From Amphiscolops sp. MND2022 (Eukaryota), in the NCBI GenBank assembly GCA_964187785.1, contig OZ076409.1:75208001-75272000 (forward strand): a stretch of 64,000 nt of DNA. The letters run 5' to 3'. Positions 36,601-52,200 of the stretch are shown piece after piece. Positions within the stretch are counted from its first letter, which is position 1, and every line of letters begins with the position of its first letter. Below the pieces are notes generated by a model. The model was given only the letters and a program-made list of their open reading frames with translations. It did no database searches and was not told where the DNA came from. Made by a program: the position numbers and the translations under genes.

Positions 36601-39600
36601 ATAGGTTCCTCTATGACCGGAAATGGGGTCAAAACCCCCTTTTTTGGTTGTTTTTTAACAATTTGACTAGTGTTTGGTCCACAATCAAGTCGCGTAAGTC
36701 CATTGAATCAGTGAGAGCAGAAATTGTATGTTCACTGCGTAGACATAACTGACTCTGACAGATACCGGAAGTAACCCCCCGTGACCGGAAGTTGTCATTT
36801 TTGACCGGAAATGGTCCAAAATAAAGCGTAAAATCAGTTTTTCACTGCTTTTTAAAGTCAACTTATTACTTTTTCAATCTTCGCGAGCTTGTATTCAGAT
36901 TCGTTTGTGTTACCCGTGCACTTTGCAACAAATATACATCTGTAAAGTTTTCTCTATATTATAGTCTGATAGAGAAATAACGTGTTTTTGGGACTTTTTT
37001 CAAAATTATTAGACTATATCTGTCATTTTGACCCAACGTTATTCAACAGTACAACCACAGTGGTTAGTCTCTGCCCAAATATATGCCTAACAAAACTATT
37101 TGGCCCATTGGCCTCAGTTTGAGCGTTCCAGCTTTGCGTGTTCATTAGCTAAGGGACTTGAAAAATTTTCAAACTTTTTCAAAAAAAATTTTTCTCATAT
37201 TTTTGTCTCCCAGAGTGAAGAAACTTTCACACAACTAGGATTGCTACTGGATGCATGTGGCAAGCCCTATAATTGAAGGGAAAAATTCCGCTTAGAACGT
37301 CTCTTTATCGTAACTTGACGTTAACGTATGGTGCTTTGAATGAGAGCTTGATAAGAGGTCGAGAAGTCAAAGTGTGTGAATGGAACGTATGTCTCGTCGC
37401 AAACTCATCGGAATACATGCAATGAACCCCAATTGTCCTGAATTGCAGTTGCCTACTGCAACAACGTTTTTCTGGTACATTTTACTCTTTTTCATAAGTG
37501 TCAAAATTAGTTTTAAATTCAGTTAGCAAGAAACAATTGAGTACATTTTCATCTCTCCCCAGCGGGTGAGATGAGAATGTTCTTGCTAAATGCCAGGTAC
37601 TACGGCCTCCTTTTGTTTTATTGCGATGCATTCTCTGCTTCAGCACATAGATATTTTATTTCGCTTGATTGTTTGTATACTCTCTGACTTGTTATTATAA
37701 ATTTCTCGTCATTACTTTACATAAATTTGCAACCATGAAACGGTATCGTCAACGCCACATACATTTAGACGGCACCATTCCGTAGGTATGTCGAGGCATA
37801 CCTTTCGATTACGTATGTCAAAACGCAAACGCGATAAAAAATGCTGAAAGTCTGAAACAGTGACAAACAATTTTGACTATTTGACATATGGTATGTTTTT
37901 ATATGGAAGTTACGCATCACAGACATTTCACAACTTTCCAGCTGACGCCCACATACCAACATCAACGCCCACCGTCCGTGGGCATGCCGAGGCATGCCCT
38001 TCGACGACGTATGCCAATTTCTATATATCTACACCCAATTGCGGTAGCAGCTAGGTGGATGGTATTTTATAACAATTAAAGTGTTTTTTTCCGGAGTTTG
38101 TGGCTTTGGAAAAAACAAAAGGCGAGAAATTGGGCACTCCAGGCTGAACCTAAAAACACCCTAAAATTCGCCCGATTTTTTTACGATCTCGAAACCCAGC
38201 CGTACGATTTGGCTGAAAATTTGCATGTGGCTCCTAATCAATGAGTAATGAAAAAGTGTAGAAGTGACTTTTCCTGGGAAAATTGTTTTTGTTGCACTTT
38301 TTGCGCAATTTTTGACCGATTGTTGCGTTTTTTATGTCACTTTTGACTTTTCAGGCAAAAAACTCATGGATGCTTTGATCCTAGCGCATCCAGTGTTTCG
38401 AACAAAAAGTTGAAGCATGTTCTTTTACGTATGTTGTGAAAATTTGGTTGCCATCGTATCACCCCCCACTGAGATAGAGGGGAACTTCCGGTGGATTTGA
38501 GCACCCTAAAAACGAGGACATCCTAAATTTAAGCATGAATCCGTAGTTTTAGCGTGCTCATACCCTGCTGAAGTTCTGTTGGGCATATTGAGATAGTCAT
38601 GATATCATGTGTTCAGTTCACCCCCCATCACCCCCTGGACCGGAAATGAACTTTTTTCGCACTATCATGCCGGAAGTCTCCAATTTCACCGTTAAGCAGT
38701 TCTTGTACGAGCAACTACCAGGACATCAAAATTGAAGTACCACCTGAGGTCAACGTAGTGACTACGTGTTGTCCAGTCATAGGTTCCGCTATGACCGGAA
38801 ATGGGGTCAAAACCCCCTTTTTTGGTTGTTTTTTAACAATATGACTAGTGTTTAGTCCACATTGAAGTCGCGTAAGTCAATTGAACCAGTGTCAGAATAA
38901 ACTGTATGCCCACTGCGTAGACGTAACTTACACTGACAGATACCGGAAGTAACCGCTTGTGACCGGAAGTGGTCAATTTTGACCAGAAATCGTCCAAAAA
39001 GTAGCGTAAAAGCAGTTTTTCACTGCTAACTAAGGTCAAAGTTTTACATTTTTCAATCTGCGCGAGCTTGTCTTCAGGTTAGTTTTTGCCGCCCGTGCAC
39101 AGTGCATCAAATATACATCTGTTAAAATTTCTCTATAATGTCGTCGGGGAGAAATAACGGGTTATTGGGACTTCTTCCAAAAACATTAGTCTATATCTGT
39201 CATTTTTACACAAAGTTATTCAACAGTACAACCACAGCGGTTAGTCTCTGCCCAAATTTGTGCCTTACAAAACTATTTGGCCCATTGGTCTCAGTTTGAG
39301 CGCTGCAGTTTTGCCTTGTCATAAGTTAAGGCTCCTAAAAATTTTTCAAAAATCTTTCAAAAAAAACTTCTCAACTTCAGGTTCCCCAAAGTAAAATTTC
39401 CACACAAGTAGGTTTCAAAATGGATGCATGTGGGAAGCCCTATATTTGAAAAGAAAAATGCCGCTTAGAACGCCACTTTAGCGTAACTAGACGTTAACGT
39501 ATGGTGCTTTGAATGAGAGCTTGATAAGGGGTTGAGAAATCAAAGTGTGTAAATGGAACGTATGTCTCGTCGAAAACTCATGAGAATACATTCAATGAAC

Positions 39601-40224
39601 ACCAATTATCATCAATTGCAGTTGCCTAGTGCAAAAACGTCTTTCAAGGACAATTTATTCGTTTTCCTAACTGTCCAAATTGCTTTTAAATTCAGTTAGC
39701 AAGAAACAGTTGAGTACATTCTCATCTCTCCCCATAGGGTGAGATGAGAATGTTCTTGCTAAAAGCCAGGTACTACGGCCCACTTTTGTTTTAATGTGAC
39801 GCATTTTGTGCTTTAGCACATAGATACTTTTATTTCGTCTGACTTTTCGTAGACACTCTGACTTGTCATTATAAATTTTTCGTCATTACTTTACATAAAC
39901 TTAATACCATACAACTTTAACTTCAACGCCACATACATTTAGACGCCCACTATTCCGTAGGTACGCCGCGGCATGCCTTTCGACGACGTATGTCAAAACG
40001 CAAACGCAATAAAAAGTGCTGAAATTCAGAAACAGTGACAAACAAATTTGACTACTTGAAATATGGGAGGTTTTTATGTGGAACTTACACATAGCTGAAA
40101 TTTCACAACATTGTAGCTGACGCCCACATGCCAACATCAACGCCCACCGTCCGTGGGCATGCCGAGGCATGCCCTTCGACGACGTATAGCAAATCCCTTC
40201 CACCGACGCGCACTCTCCCGCTAG
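33691..40224 (+). mobile_element. Cassettes 18-20 (2.18-kb family)
   Basis: Starts at 33691, 35877 and 38055; lengths 2186, 2178 and 2170 bp. Degenerate second cores at 35593, 37767 and 39941. Confidence 0.6.
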
Positions 40225-43200
40225 GTGCCGGGATTTCCATTCGATAAGGAATTCTGCGCGTGTGGGTAGGGCCCCTGGCGCGCTCCTGTGTTTTCGGTTT
40301 TCCTACTCCAAATTCACACCCCAGTTATCTCCGATCTCGTAAACTATCCATACGATTTGGCTGAAATTTGGCACACGTACCCCCCTCGGCACGGTGAAGA
40401 TGATTTCCTACTGACGTTTTTCCCGCTAAACATTTTTTGTTGACCAAAATAACGGTTTTTGGGGTAAAATTTTCAACTTTTTTTAAATTTTATCTTATAT
40501 CTCGCCACGGGTACACGCTAGCGCTTCCAAACCTTGCTGACGAAAGTTTGCAAACTGTCTCAGCAATGCTGTGTGAAATTTTCAGCTCAATCGGACTTAA
40601 ACTCGAGGAGATATAGCGTTTTTCCGGAGCGGGGGGGTTTCATTTTTCTAACGGTCCAGCTTATCTTTGCCATTTTTTCGAAAATGCACTCGCCTAAAGG
40701 CCTCCCCTGGCCGGTTTTATTCCCAGCAAAACCATTTGGCCCTAAATACGGAGTTTCAGCGTTCCAGCATTCCCGGGCGAAAAGTTGTGGGACTTAGAAA
40801 ATTTCAAAAATTTTCAAAAATTTTTTTTCCGTTATTTGGGCCCCCAAAGTGGGGGAAAAGACCCCCCAACCAGTAAAGCAAGTGAATGCATGTGCAAAGC
40901 CCTTGTTTAGAGGAGAAAAATGCCGTTTAGAACGTCTTTTTATCTTGGCTCAACGTTGACTTATGACGTTTTGAAGGTGATGTTTGGAGGTGTAAATCAC
41001 GTGAATAGTAAACGTTATGAGTATTTATCTGATCTGAAAGCCATTGAGATGCAATATGGTTTGCTCAAAACGTAATTCATGGCAGTTTGGCAATCAATCA
41101 ACACCCTTTGTTGTCGTTTGACATACTTTTTTGTTGTTATAATGAAAATTTTGTGTATTTGTTCATTTTTTTCTCATCAAATAACTTGAAACAGTTGAGT
41201 ACATTCCATCCCCCCTTCCGGGGGAGATGAGAATGTACTCGCAAAAAGCAGCGAATTACGGCCCTTACCTTCCCGAGCTACGCAGTATAAGGATTACATA
41301 TTGGTTCCGACATTTTCATAGAGTTAAATCTTGGTAATCTGTCTGGATATGCAGAAAAATCAGCACGTGCCTTTTAATACCAAGTTGCTCACAACGACAA
41401 TTATTTTATATCAACGCCCCCATATTTATCAACGCCCCCCGTCCGTGGGCATGCCGAGGCATGCCCTTCGACGACGTATACCAAGATATACATCGAGCGC
41501 GTTAGCCTAGGTGCCGGGATTTCTATTCGATAAAGTATGTGGCGCGTGTGGGTAGGGTCCCTGGCGCGCTCTTGGGTATGGTGTTCACCAGCTAGGAAAT
41601 AGGGGTCGATTTTTCGGGATCTCCTAAACTAGCCACACGATTTGGCTGAAATTTGGCACACGTACCCCCCTCGGCACGGTGAAGATGATTTCCCACTGAC
41701 GTTTTTCCCGCAAAATTTTTTTTGTTGTCCAAAATAACGGTTTTTGGGGTAAAATTTTGAATTTTTTTTAAATTTTATCTTATATCTCGCCACCGGTTTA
41801 CGCTAGCGCTTCAAAACCCTGCTAAAGAAAGCTTGCAAACTGTCTCAGGAATGCGGTGTGAAATTTTCAGCTCAATCGGACTTAAACTCGGGGAGATATA
41901 GCGTTTTTCCGGAGCGGGGGGGTTTCATTTTTCTAACGGTCCAGCTTATCTTTGCCATTTTTTCGAAAATGCACTCGCCTAAAGGCCTCCCCTGGCCGGT
42001 TTTATTCCCAGCAAAACCATTTGGCCCTAAATACGGAGTTTCAGCGTTCCAGCATTCCCGGGCGAAAAGTTGTGGGACTTAGAAAAGTTCAAAAATTTTC
42101 AAAAATTTTTTTTTCCGTTTTCCGCCCTCCCCCCCTAGGGGAAAAGACCCCCCAACCAGTAATTTGAGTGAATTCATGTGGAAAGGCCATGTTTAGACGA
42201 AAAAATTGCCGTTTAGAACGTCTTTCTATCTCAACCTGACATTGACTTATGAAGCTTTAAAGGTGATGTTTGGACGTGTGAAGCATGTAAAAAAAGGAAT
42301 TTTTTTGATTTTATTTCATCAGAAAGTCATTGAATCACACGCTGTGAAGCCCAGAGCGTGGTTTCTAATAATTTGGTATCGTTTAAACGCATTTTGGTGT
42401 CTTTTTACTCTATTTAAAAAACTTTGCTCCTGAAAATTAGTAAAATTTTGATTACTTTTCTTACTTTCCATTAATTTTTTTTCTTATATTTTTACTTGAA
42501 ACAGTTGAGTACATTCCATCTCCCTTCCCGGGGGAGATGAGAATGTACTCGCAAAAAGCCGCGAACTACGGCCCATACCTTCCCGAGATACGCAGTATAA
42601 AGATAACATAATGGTCCAGACATTTTAATGGAGTTGTATCTTGGTAATATGTCTGGATTTGAAGAAAAATCAGCACGTGCCATTTTATACCAAGTTGCTC
42701 GCAACGACAATTAATTTAAATCAACGCCCCCCACAAAAATCAACGCCCCCCGTCCGTGGGCATGCCGAGGAATGCCCTTCGACGACGTGCACCAAAATAT
42801 GCCCCGAGCGCGTTAGCCTAGGTGGCCGGAAATTTTTTTTTTCAGCAAAATCTTTGCCATTGGGGGAGGGGCCCCGGATGGCCAGTAGTACGGCATAGCT
42901 CCCTACGGAATCCAGGCGGAAAAAACGTGATTTCGGAAACTAGCCGTCAGAATTTGCTCAAAATTTGCATACGGCTTCCTATGACAATCCTAAGAACTAA
43001 TCCCTACTGGCATTTTGCCCGAAAAACGCAAAAAGTTGGTCAAAATCTTAGTTTTTTGGTCAAAAAATGGCGTTTTTTCGAAAAAATTTTTTTTCAGAGA
43101 CAATTACTCGGAACTGGTTCACCTAGCGCAAAAACGCCTAGCTGATTTATTGTTGGGCACTTCATGAGGAGTGCGTATACAAATTTTCGTCCAAATCGGA

Positions 43201-46200
43201 TAAAAGTTGATTGAGAAATAACTGAAAATTTGAGGCATTTTTTTGGAAATTTTTGAAATCCCAGTCTATCTCTGCCGTTTTTTCCCCAGATTTTTTTCCA
43301 GACACTCTCCTAAAGACCTCCCCTGGCCGGTTTACCTCCCAGCAAAACCATTTGGCCCTAAATAAGGAGTTTCAGCATTCCAGCAAACCCCGGGTAAAAG
43401 ATAAATGACTTAGAATTTTTTCGAAAAATTTTCAAAAAATTTTTTTTTCAAATTCAGGCCTCTCAAAGTCATGAAACTTCCACACAACTAGGATTGCAAG
43501 TGATAGCATGTGGAAAGTGCTTGAATAGACGAGAAAAATGAGCTATCATACGACTCTGTAGCTTAACCTGACGTTGACTTATGATAGTTTTAGTGTGAGC
43601 TTCGTATGTGCTGAAAAAATCAAAGAAACCTAAAAGTCTTTTAAAAGTAATCAGAATACGTCCAATGAACCACAGAGCTGTTAAATAGCCGTTGTGCAGT
43701 GGAGCAACACCATTTAGAGTGTTTTGACCCATTTTGATAAGTTTTGATACGGTCTTGTTCATCTGATAGCACAAAACAGTTGAGTACATTCCATCTCTCC
43801 CCTTGTGGGGGAGATGAGAATGTACTCGCTAAAAGTCAGGTACTATAGCACCCATTTTGTTTTGTTCGACGCTAGTGATGCTATTGCACACAATACAATA
43901 GTTTTGTCAAATCATGTTTAACATGATGAATCTTACTATACCTTTAGTGTACGTTAACCTACTACTACAACATCGCATCCGTAACGTCAACGCCACAAAC
44001 TCGCATCAACGCCCACCGTCCGTGGGCATGCCGAGGCATGCCCTTCGACGACGTATGCCAAATAGCGCCACAGGGCGCAAACTTGTCCGCTAGGTGGCCG
44101 GGAATTTTTTTTTCAGCAAAATCTTTGCCGCTGGGGGAGGGGCCCCGGGCGGCTGTTAACCGGAATTCATACTATGCAAAACCTATCACAATTCTCAGAT
44201 CTCAGGATCCAGCCTGTAGGATTCGCTCAAATTTGGCACAGAGCCTCCTTGAATGATTATAAGAACTTTTTCCTAGTGGCGTTTTTCGATTGAAATATTT
44301 TATGTTGACCAAAATTGCGTTTAAAAAGCCCAATGTTGCGTTTTTATTGTCTTTTTCAAATTTGACGGTCCATAACTTTTTTTGAGGTGCTCGGAGCAAG
44401 TCGCACGTGGCGAGCAATATTACTCAGCACTAAAAGGGGAGTGCGTGAACAAAATTTCGTCCAAATCGGATGAAAATTGGATGAGTAATAGCCGGAAATT
44501 TGGCGCATTTTGTCGACTTTTTTCGAAAACCCAGTCTATCTCTGCCGTTTTTTGCCCAGATTTTTTTCCAGGTCCTCGCCTAAAGGCCTCCCCTGGCCGG
44601 TTTACATCCCAAAAAAGCCATTTGGCCCTTTTGCCGCAGTTTCAGCGTTCCAGCGTTTCCCGAACAAAAGATAAATGACTTAGAATTTTTTCAAAAAAAG
44701 GTTCAAAAATTTTTTTTCAATTTCAGGCCTCCCAAAGTCAAGAAACTTCCACACAACTAGTATTGCAAGTGAATGCATGTGGAAAGTGCTTGAATAGACG
44801 AGGAAAATGAGCTATTATAAAACTCTGTAGCTTAACCTGACGTTGACTTATGACATTTTTAGTGTGAGCTTCCTATGTGCTAAAAAGTCAAAAAACGTAA
44901 GTCTCTTTGAAAACAAATCGGAATACGTCCAGTCAACCCCAGAGCTGGTAAATTGCCGTTGTCTAGTGCAGCAACGCCATTTAGAGTCTTTTGACCCACT
45001 TTGATACCGTTTTGATACCGTCTTATTCATCCGATAGCACAAAACCGTTGCGTACATTCCATCTCCCCCTTTGTGGGGGAGATGAGAATGTACCCGCTAA
45101 ATGACACGCACAATGGCGCAATTTTATTTTTATACAATGTTTTCTAGGCTGTCGCGCAAGCCCACTAATATTTAGACTGGTTTCTTTCTCTTTCACTCCA
45201 AACTTTCCCTACTAACCACCTTACACACCATCAGCTCAACGTTACTTCTGTAACGTCAACGCCACATACTCGCATCAACGCCCACCGTCCGTGGGCATGC
45301 CGAGGCATGCCCTTCGACGACGTATGCCCATTAGCGCCACAGGGCGCCCAATTTTTTCTAGGTGCCGGGATTTCCATTCGATAAGGAATTCTGCGCGTGT
45401 GGGTAGGGCCCCTGGCGCGCTCCTGTGTTTTCGGTTTTCCTACTCCTAAATAGACCCCCTAAATTCCGGGATCTCCTAAACTATCCATACGATTTGGCTG
45501 AAATTTGGCACACGTACCCCCCTCGGCACGGTGAAGATGATTTCCTACTGACGTTTTTCCCGCTAAACATTTTTTGTTGACCAAAATAACGGTTTTTGGG
45601 GTAAAATTTTCAACTTTTTTTAAATTTCATCTTATATCTCGCCACGGGTGCTCGCTAGCGCTTCCAAACCTTGCTGACGAAAGTTTGCAAACTGTCTCAG
45701 GAAGGCTGTGTGAAAATTTCAGCTCAATCGGACTTAAACTCGAGGAGATATAGCGTTTTTCCGGAGCGGGGGGGTTTCATTTTTCTAACGGTCCAGCTTA
45801 TCTTTGCCATTTTTTCGAAAATGCACTCGCCAAAAGGCCTCCCCTGGCCGGTTTTATTCCCAGCAAAACCATTTGGCCCTAAATACGGAGTTTCAGCGTT
45901 CCAGCATTCTCGGGCGAAAAGTTGTGGGACTTAGAAAATTTCAAAAATTTTCAAAAAATTTTTTTTTCGTTATTTGGGCCCCCAAAGTGGGGGAAAAGAC
46001 CCCCCAACCAGTAATTCAAGTGAATGGATGTGGAAAGGCCATGTTTAGAGGAGAAAAATGCCGTTTAGAACGTCTTTTTATCTTGGCTCAACGTTGACTT
46101 ATGACGTTTTGAAGGTGATGTTTGGAGGTGTAAAGCAAGTGAATAGTAAACGTTATGAGTATTTATCTGATCTGAAAGCCATTGAGATTCAATATGATTG

Positions 46201-49200
46201 CTCAAAACGTAATTCATTGCAGTTTGGCAATCAATCAACACCCTTTGTTGTCGTTTGACATACTTTTTTGTTGTTAAAATAAAAAATTTTGTGTATTTAT
46301 TCATTTTTTCTCATCAAATAACTTGGAACAGTTGAGTACATTCCATCCCCCCCTTCCGGGGGAGATGAGAATGTACTCGCAAAAAGCACCGAACTACGGC
46401 CCTTACCTTCCCGAGCTACGCAGTATAAGGATTACATATTGGTTCCGACATTTTCATAGAGTTATATCTTGGTAATCTGTCTGGATATGCCGAAAAATCA
46501 GCACGTGCCTTTTAATACCAAGTTGCTCACAACGACAATTATTTTATATCAACGCCCCCATATTTATCAACGCCCCCCGTCCGTGGGCATGCCGAGGCAT
46601 GCCCTTCGACGACGTATACCAAGATATACATAAGCGCGGTAGCCGCTAGGTGCCGGGATTTTCTATTCGACAAGTTTGCGCGCCTTGGGGAGGGTCCCTT
46701 TGCGCGCTTTAAGATCCAGGTGTTTCCAACTCCTAAACGGGCATGTGATTTCGACGATCTCCTAAACTAGCCATACGATTTGGCTGAAATTTGGCACACG
46801 TACCCCCCTCGGCACGGTGAAGATGATTCCCTACTGACGTTTTTCCCGCTAAACATTTTTTGTTGACCAAAATAACGGTTTTTGGGGTAAAATTTTCAAC
46901 TTTTTTTAAATTTCATCTTATATCTCGCCACGGGTACACGCTAGCGCTTCCAAACCTTGCTGACGAAACTTTGCAAACTGTCTCAGGAATGCTGTGTGAA
47001 ATTTACAGCTCAATCGGACTTAAACTCGAGGAGATATAGCGTTTTTCCGGAGCGGGGGGGTTTCATTTTTCTAACGGTCCAGCTTATCTTTGCCATTTTT
47101 TCGAAAATGCACTCGCCTAAAGGCCTCCCCTGGCCGGTTTTATTCCCAGCAAAACCATTTGGCCCTAAATACGGAGTTTCAGCGTTCCAGCATTCCCGGG
47201 CGAAAAGTTGTGGGACTTAGAAAATTTCAAAAATTTTCAAAAAATTTTTTTCCGTTATTTGGGCCCCCAAAGTGGGGGAAAAGACCCCCCAACCAGTAAA
47301 GCAAGTGAATGCATGTGGAAAGCCCTTAGTTAGATGAGAAAAATGGCGTTTAGAACGTCTTTTTATCTTGGCTCAACGTTGTCTTATGACGTTTTGAAGG
47401 TGACCGTTAGATACGGAAAATTGATGTTTTGAGTCTTTATCCCATCTGAAAGCCACTGAGATACAACATGTTTTGCTCAAAACGTATTTCATTGCAGTTT
47501 TGCTGTCCATTAACACCCTTTGGTGTCTTTTGACGTATTTTTCTTTTCTATAATAACATTTTTTCTGTGTATTTATTCATTTGTTTTTCATCAAATAACT
47601 TGAAACAGTTGAGTACATTCCATCTCCCTTCCCGGGGGAGATGAGAATGTACTCGCTAAAGGCCGCGAACTACGGTCTATATCTTCCCCAACACAAAAGA
47701 GATTGAAAATTGTTTCATTTTGTGGAAAAAATTCTTCTTTTTGTACACTGTGACTCGACAAAGTGAACGTTTCTTACCTATTTTGAAACTTCCCTCACCA
47801 AAAACCATCTCTAACGTCAGCGCCCCCCTACTTGCATCAACGCCCCCCGTCCGTGGGCATGCCGAGGCATGCCCTTCGACGATGTATACCAAGATATACC
47901 TGGAGCGCGGTAGCCGCTAGGTGCCGGTGTTTTTTTACACAATGGGGGAAGTTGCGCGGTTGGGGAGGGTCCCTGACGCGCTTCCGTGGTATCGGGTCTT
48001 TCAACCGATGAAAACGACATAAAAAATTGGGATCTCGTAAACTAGCCATACGATTTGGCTGAAATTTGGCACACGTACCCCCCTCGGCACGGTGAAGATG
48101 ATTCCCTACTGACGTTTTTCCCGCTAAACATTTTTTGTTTACCAAAATAACGGTTTTTGGGGTAAAATTTTGAACTTTTTTAAAATTTCATCTTATATCT
48201 CGCCACGGGTACACGCTAGCGCTTCCAAACCTCGCTGACGAAAGTTTGCAAACTGTCTCAGGAATGCTGTGTGAAATTTTCAGCTCAATCGGACTCAAAC
48301 TCGGGGAGATATAGCGTTTTTCCGGAGCGGGGGGGTTTCATTTTTCTAACGGTCCAGCTTATCTTTGCCATTTTTTCGAAAATGCACTCGCCTAAAGGCC
48401 TCCCCTGGCCGGTTTTATTCCCAGCAAAACCATTTGGCCCTAAATACGGAGTTTCAGCGTTCCAGCATTCCCGGGCGAAAAGTTGTGGGACTTAGAAAAT
48501 TTCAAAAATTTTCAAAAAATTTTTTTTCCGTCATTTGGGCCCCCAAAGTGGGGGAAAAGACCCCCCAACCAGTAAGGCAAGTGAATGCATGTGCAAAGCC
48601 CTTGTTTAGAGGAGAAAAATGCCGTTTAGAACGTCTTTTTATCTTGGCTCAACGTTGACTTATGACGTTTTGAAGGTGATGTTTGGAGGTGTAAAGCACG
48701 TGAATAGTAAACGTTATGAGTATTTATCTGATCTGAAAGCCATTGAGATGTAATATGGTTTGCTCAAAACGTGATTCATGGCAGTTTGGCAATCAATAAA
48801 CACCCTTTGTTGTCGTTTGACATACTTTTTTGTTGATATAAGAAAAAATTTCGTGTATTTATTCATTTTTTTCTCATCAAATAACTTGAAACAGTTGAGT
48901 ACATTCCATCCCCCCTTCACGGGGGAGATGAGAATGTACTCGCAAAAAGCACCGAACTACGGCCCTTACCTTCCCGAGCTACGCAGTATAAGGATTACAT
49001 ATTGGTTCCGACATTTTCATAGAGTTAAATCTTGGTAATCTGTCTGGATATGCAGAAAAACCAGCACGTGCTTTTTTATACCAAGTTGCTCACAACGACA
49101 TTTATTTTATATCAACGCCCCCATATTTATCAACGCCCCCCGTCCGTGGGCATGCCGAGGCATGCCCTTCGACGACGTATACCAAAATATGTTCGAGCGC

Positions 49201-52200
49201 GTTAGCCTAGGTGCCCGGATTTCTATTCGTTCGAGTATGTGGCGCGTGTGGGTAGGGCCCCTGGCGCGCTCTTGTGTTTGGGGGTTTCCTACTTCTAAAT
49301 CACGTTCAGATTTCCGGGATCTCGTAAACTATCCATACGATTTGGCTGAAATTTGGCACACGTACCCCCCTCGGCACGGTGAAGATGATTTCCTACTGAC
49401 GTTTTTCCCGCTAAACATTTTTTGTTGACCAAAATAACGGTTTTTGGTGGAAAATTTTTGATTTTTTTTAAATTTTATCTTATATCTCGCCACGGGTCCA
49501 CGCTAGCGCTTCCAAACCTTGCTGACGAAACCTCGCAAACTGTCTCAGGAATGCTGTGTGAAATTTTCAGCTCAATCGGACTTAAACTCGGGGAGATATA
49601 GCGTTTTTCCGGAGCGGGGGGGTTTCATTTTTCTAACGGTCCAGCTTATCTTTGCCATTTTTTCGAAAATGCACTCGCCTAAAGGCCTCCCCTGGCCGGT
49701 TTTACTCCCAAAAAAACCATTTGGCCCTAAATACGGAGTTTCAGCGTTCTAGCATTCCGGGGCGAAAAGTTGTGGTACTTAGTAAATTTCAAAAATTTTC
49801 AAAAATTTTTTTTTCGTTATTTGGGACCCCAAAGTGGGGGAAAAGACCCCCCAACCAGTAATTTGAGTGAATTCATGTGGAAAGGCCATGTTTAGCGGCG
49901 AAAAATGCTTTTTAGATCGTCTTTTTATTTTAACCTGTTGTTGACTTATGTTGTTTTGAAGGTGATGTTTGGATGTGTGAAGCATGTGAAAAGGTAATTT
50001 TTTGTGTCTTTATCTCTTCTAAAAGCCATTGAGATGCAATCTGTTTTGCTCAAAACGTAATTCAATGCAATTTGGCAGTCAATGAACACAATTTGGTGTC
50101 TTTTGTTATATTTTTCTGTTGATATAATAAAAAATTTTGTGTCTTTATTAATTTTTTTTAAATAAAATAACTTGAAACAGTTGAGTACATTCCATCCCCC
50201 CTTCCGGGGGAGATGGAAATGTACTCGCTAAAAGCCGCGAACAAGAGCCCATACCTTCCTGCGCTACGCAGTATAAGGATTGCATGTTGGTTCCGACTTT
50301 TTGGTAGTGTTATATCTTGGTAATTTGACTGAATATGGAGAAAAATCAGCAAGTGCTCTTTTATAGCAAATTGCTGACAACGACAATTTTTTTATATCAA
50401 CGCCCCCATATTTATCAACGCCCCCCGTCCGTGGGCATGCCGAGGCATGCCCTTCGACGACGTATACCAAAATATGCGTTAGCGCGGTAGCCGCTAGGTG
50501 GCCGTGTCTTTTCGACGTGCTTTTGCATTGAGGAGTGGGTAGGGCCCCGCGACGACCTAGAAGAATTGGATGCTCACCGAAACGTGCAGAATTCTACGAG
50601 ATCTCATAGTTTGAGCCATACGATTTTTCTGAAATTTGGCATGTGGCCTGGAATTGGTGAGTAGGTAAAACGTGTAGAAAGTAATTTTTCCCAAATTCCA
50701 CTGTGAGAGGAGATATGGGCAAATAACGGACCCAAAAATGGCAAAAATGCACATTTTTCAACTTTGTCAGCCAATATCTCTTTTCCAGGTGCCCGTAGCG
50801 TTCCGCACGTGGACATCAATATTGCTCAGCGCTGTTGGAGGAGTGCGTGGACAAATTTTGGTTTAAATCGGACTTAAACTTGACGAGAAATTAACGGTTT
50901 TTTGGGCGTTTCCGGGGTAAATTTTTTAACGGTCCAGCTTATCTTTGCCATTTTTTCGAAAATGTACATGCCTAAAGGCCTCCCCCTGGCCGAATTTACT
51001 CCCAGCAAACCCATTTGGCCCTAAATACGGAGTTTCAGCGTTCCAGCATTCCGGGGCGGAAAGTTGTGGGACTTGGAAAAATTTCAAAATTTTTTCAAAA
51101 AATTTTTTTGCCGTTTTCCGGGCCCCCAATGAAGGGGAACGACCCCCCAACCAGTATTTTGAGTGAATTCATGTGGAACGCCCATGTTTGGAGGAGAAAA
51201 ATGCCGTTTAGCACATCTTTTTATCTTAACTTGACATTGACTTATGACGTTTTGAATGTGATGTTAGGATATATGAAGTATGTTAAAAGTTGAAGTTTTG
51301 AGTCTTTATCTCATCGGAAAACCATTGAGATACAAGCAGTTTTGCTAAAAACGATTTTCATTGTAGGTTAGCAGAGTATTAGTACACTTTGATGTCATTT
51401 GAGTATTTTTTTCTTCTATATAATAACTGTTTTTATGTATTTATTCCAATTTATCTCATCTTTTAACATCAAGCAGTTGAGTACATTTCATCTCCCTTTC
51501 GGGGGAGATGAGAATGTACTCGCTAAAAACCTAATGCTATGGCGCCAATGTTTGAATGGGAAGTTTTCTATGCTTTGAAAAAAGTTATTTTTAATTACTT
51601 GATTTTTTAAAACAATAATTAACATGAAGGACATTACTTGCTCCTACTACTACCACCACCATACATCTCTAACGTCAACGCCCCCTGCTTGCATCAACGC
51701 CCCATCGTCCGTGGGCATGCCGAGGCATGCCCTTCGACGACGTATGCCAAATGCCCAGTGCCACGCAGTCTTTCCCCGCTAGGTGCCGGGATTTCTATTC
51801 GATAAAGTATTTTGCGCGGTTGGGTAGGGCCCCGTGAGCGCGCCAGGGGATTGTGTTAGAACAACCGGAAATTCGGCATACGATTTTGGCGATTTTCTAA
51901 ACTATCCATACGATTTGGCTCAAATTTGGCATACGGGTTCCTGAGACAGATATAAGAACTAATTCCTACTGGCGTTTTGCCCGGAAAATTTTTTTTGTTG
52001 CCCAAAATTGAAATTTTCGGCAAAAAAATGCGATTTTTTTTGAAAATTTTTTTTTGAGAGGCCATATCTTTTTTCAGGGTGCCCGGAGCGGGACGCGTTA
52101 AACTGATTATAAACTCTACGGTTCATGGGCTTTACGGAGAACCTAAGCTCGTTTCGCTCGGACAAATAGTCTTGGAGATATAACGGGATTTTTCGGGAAT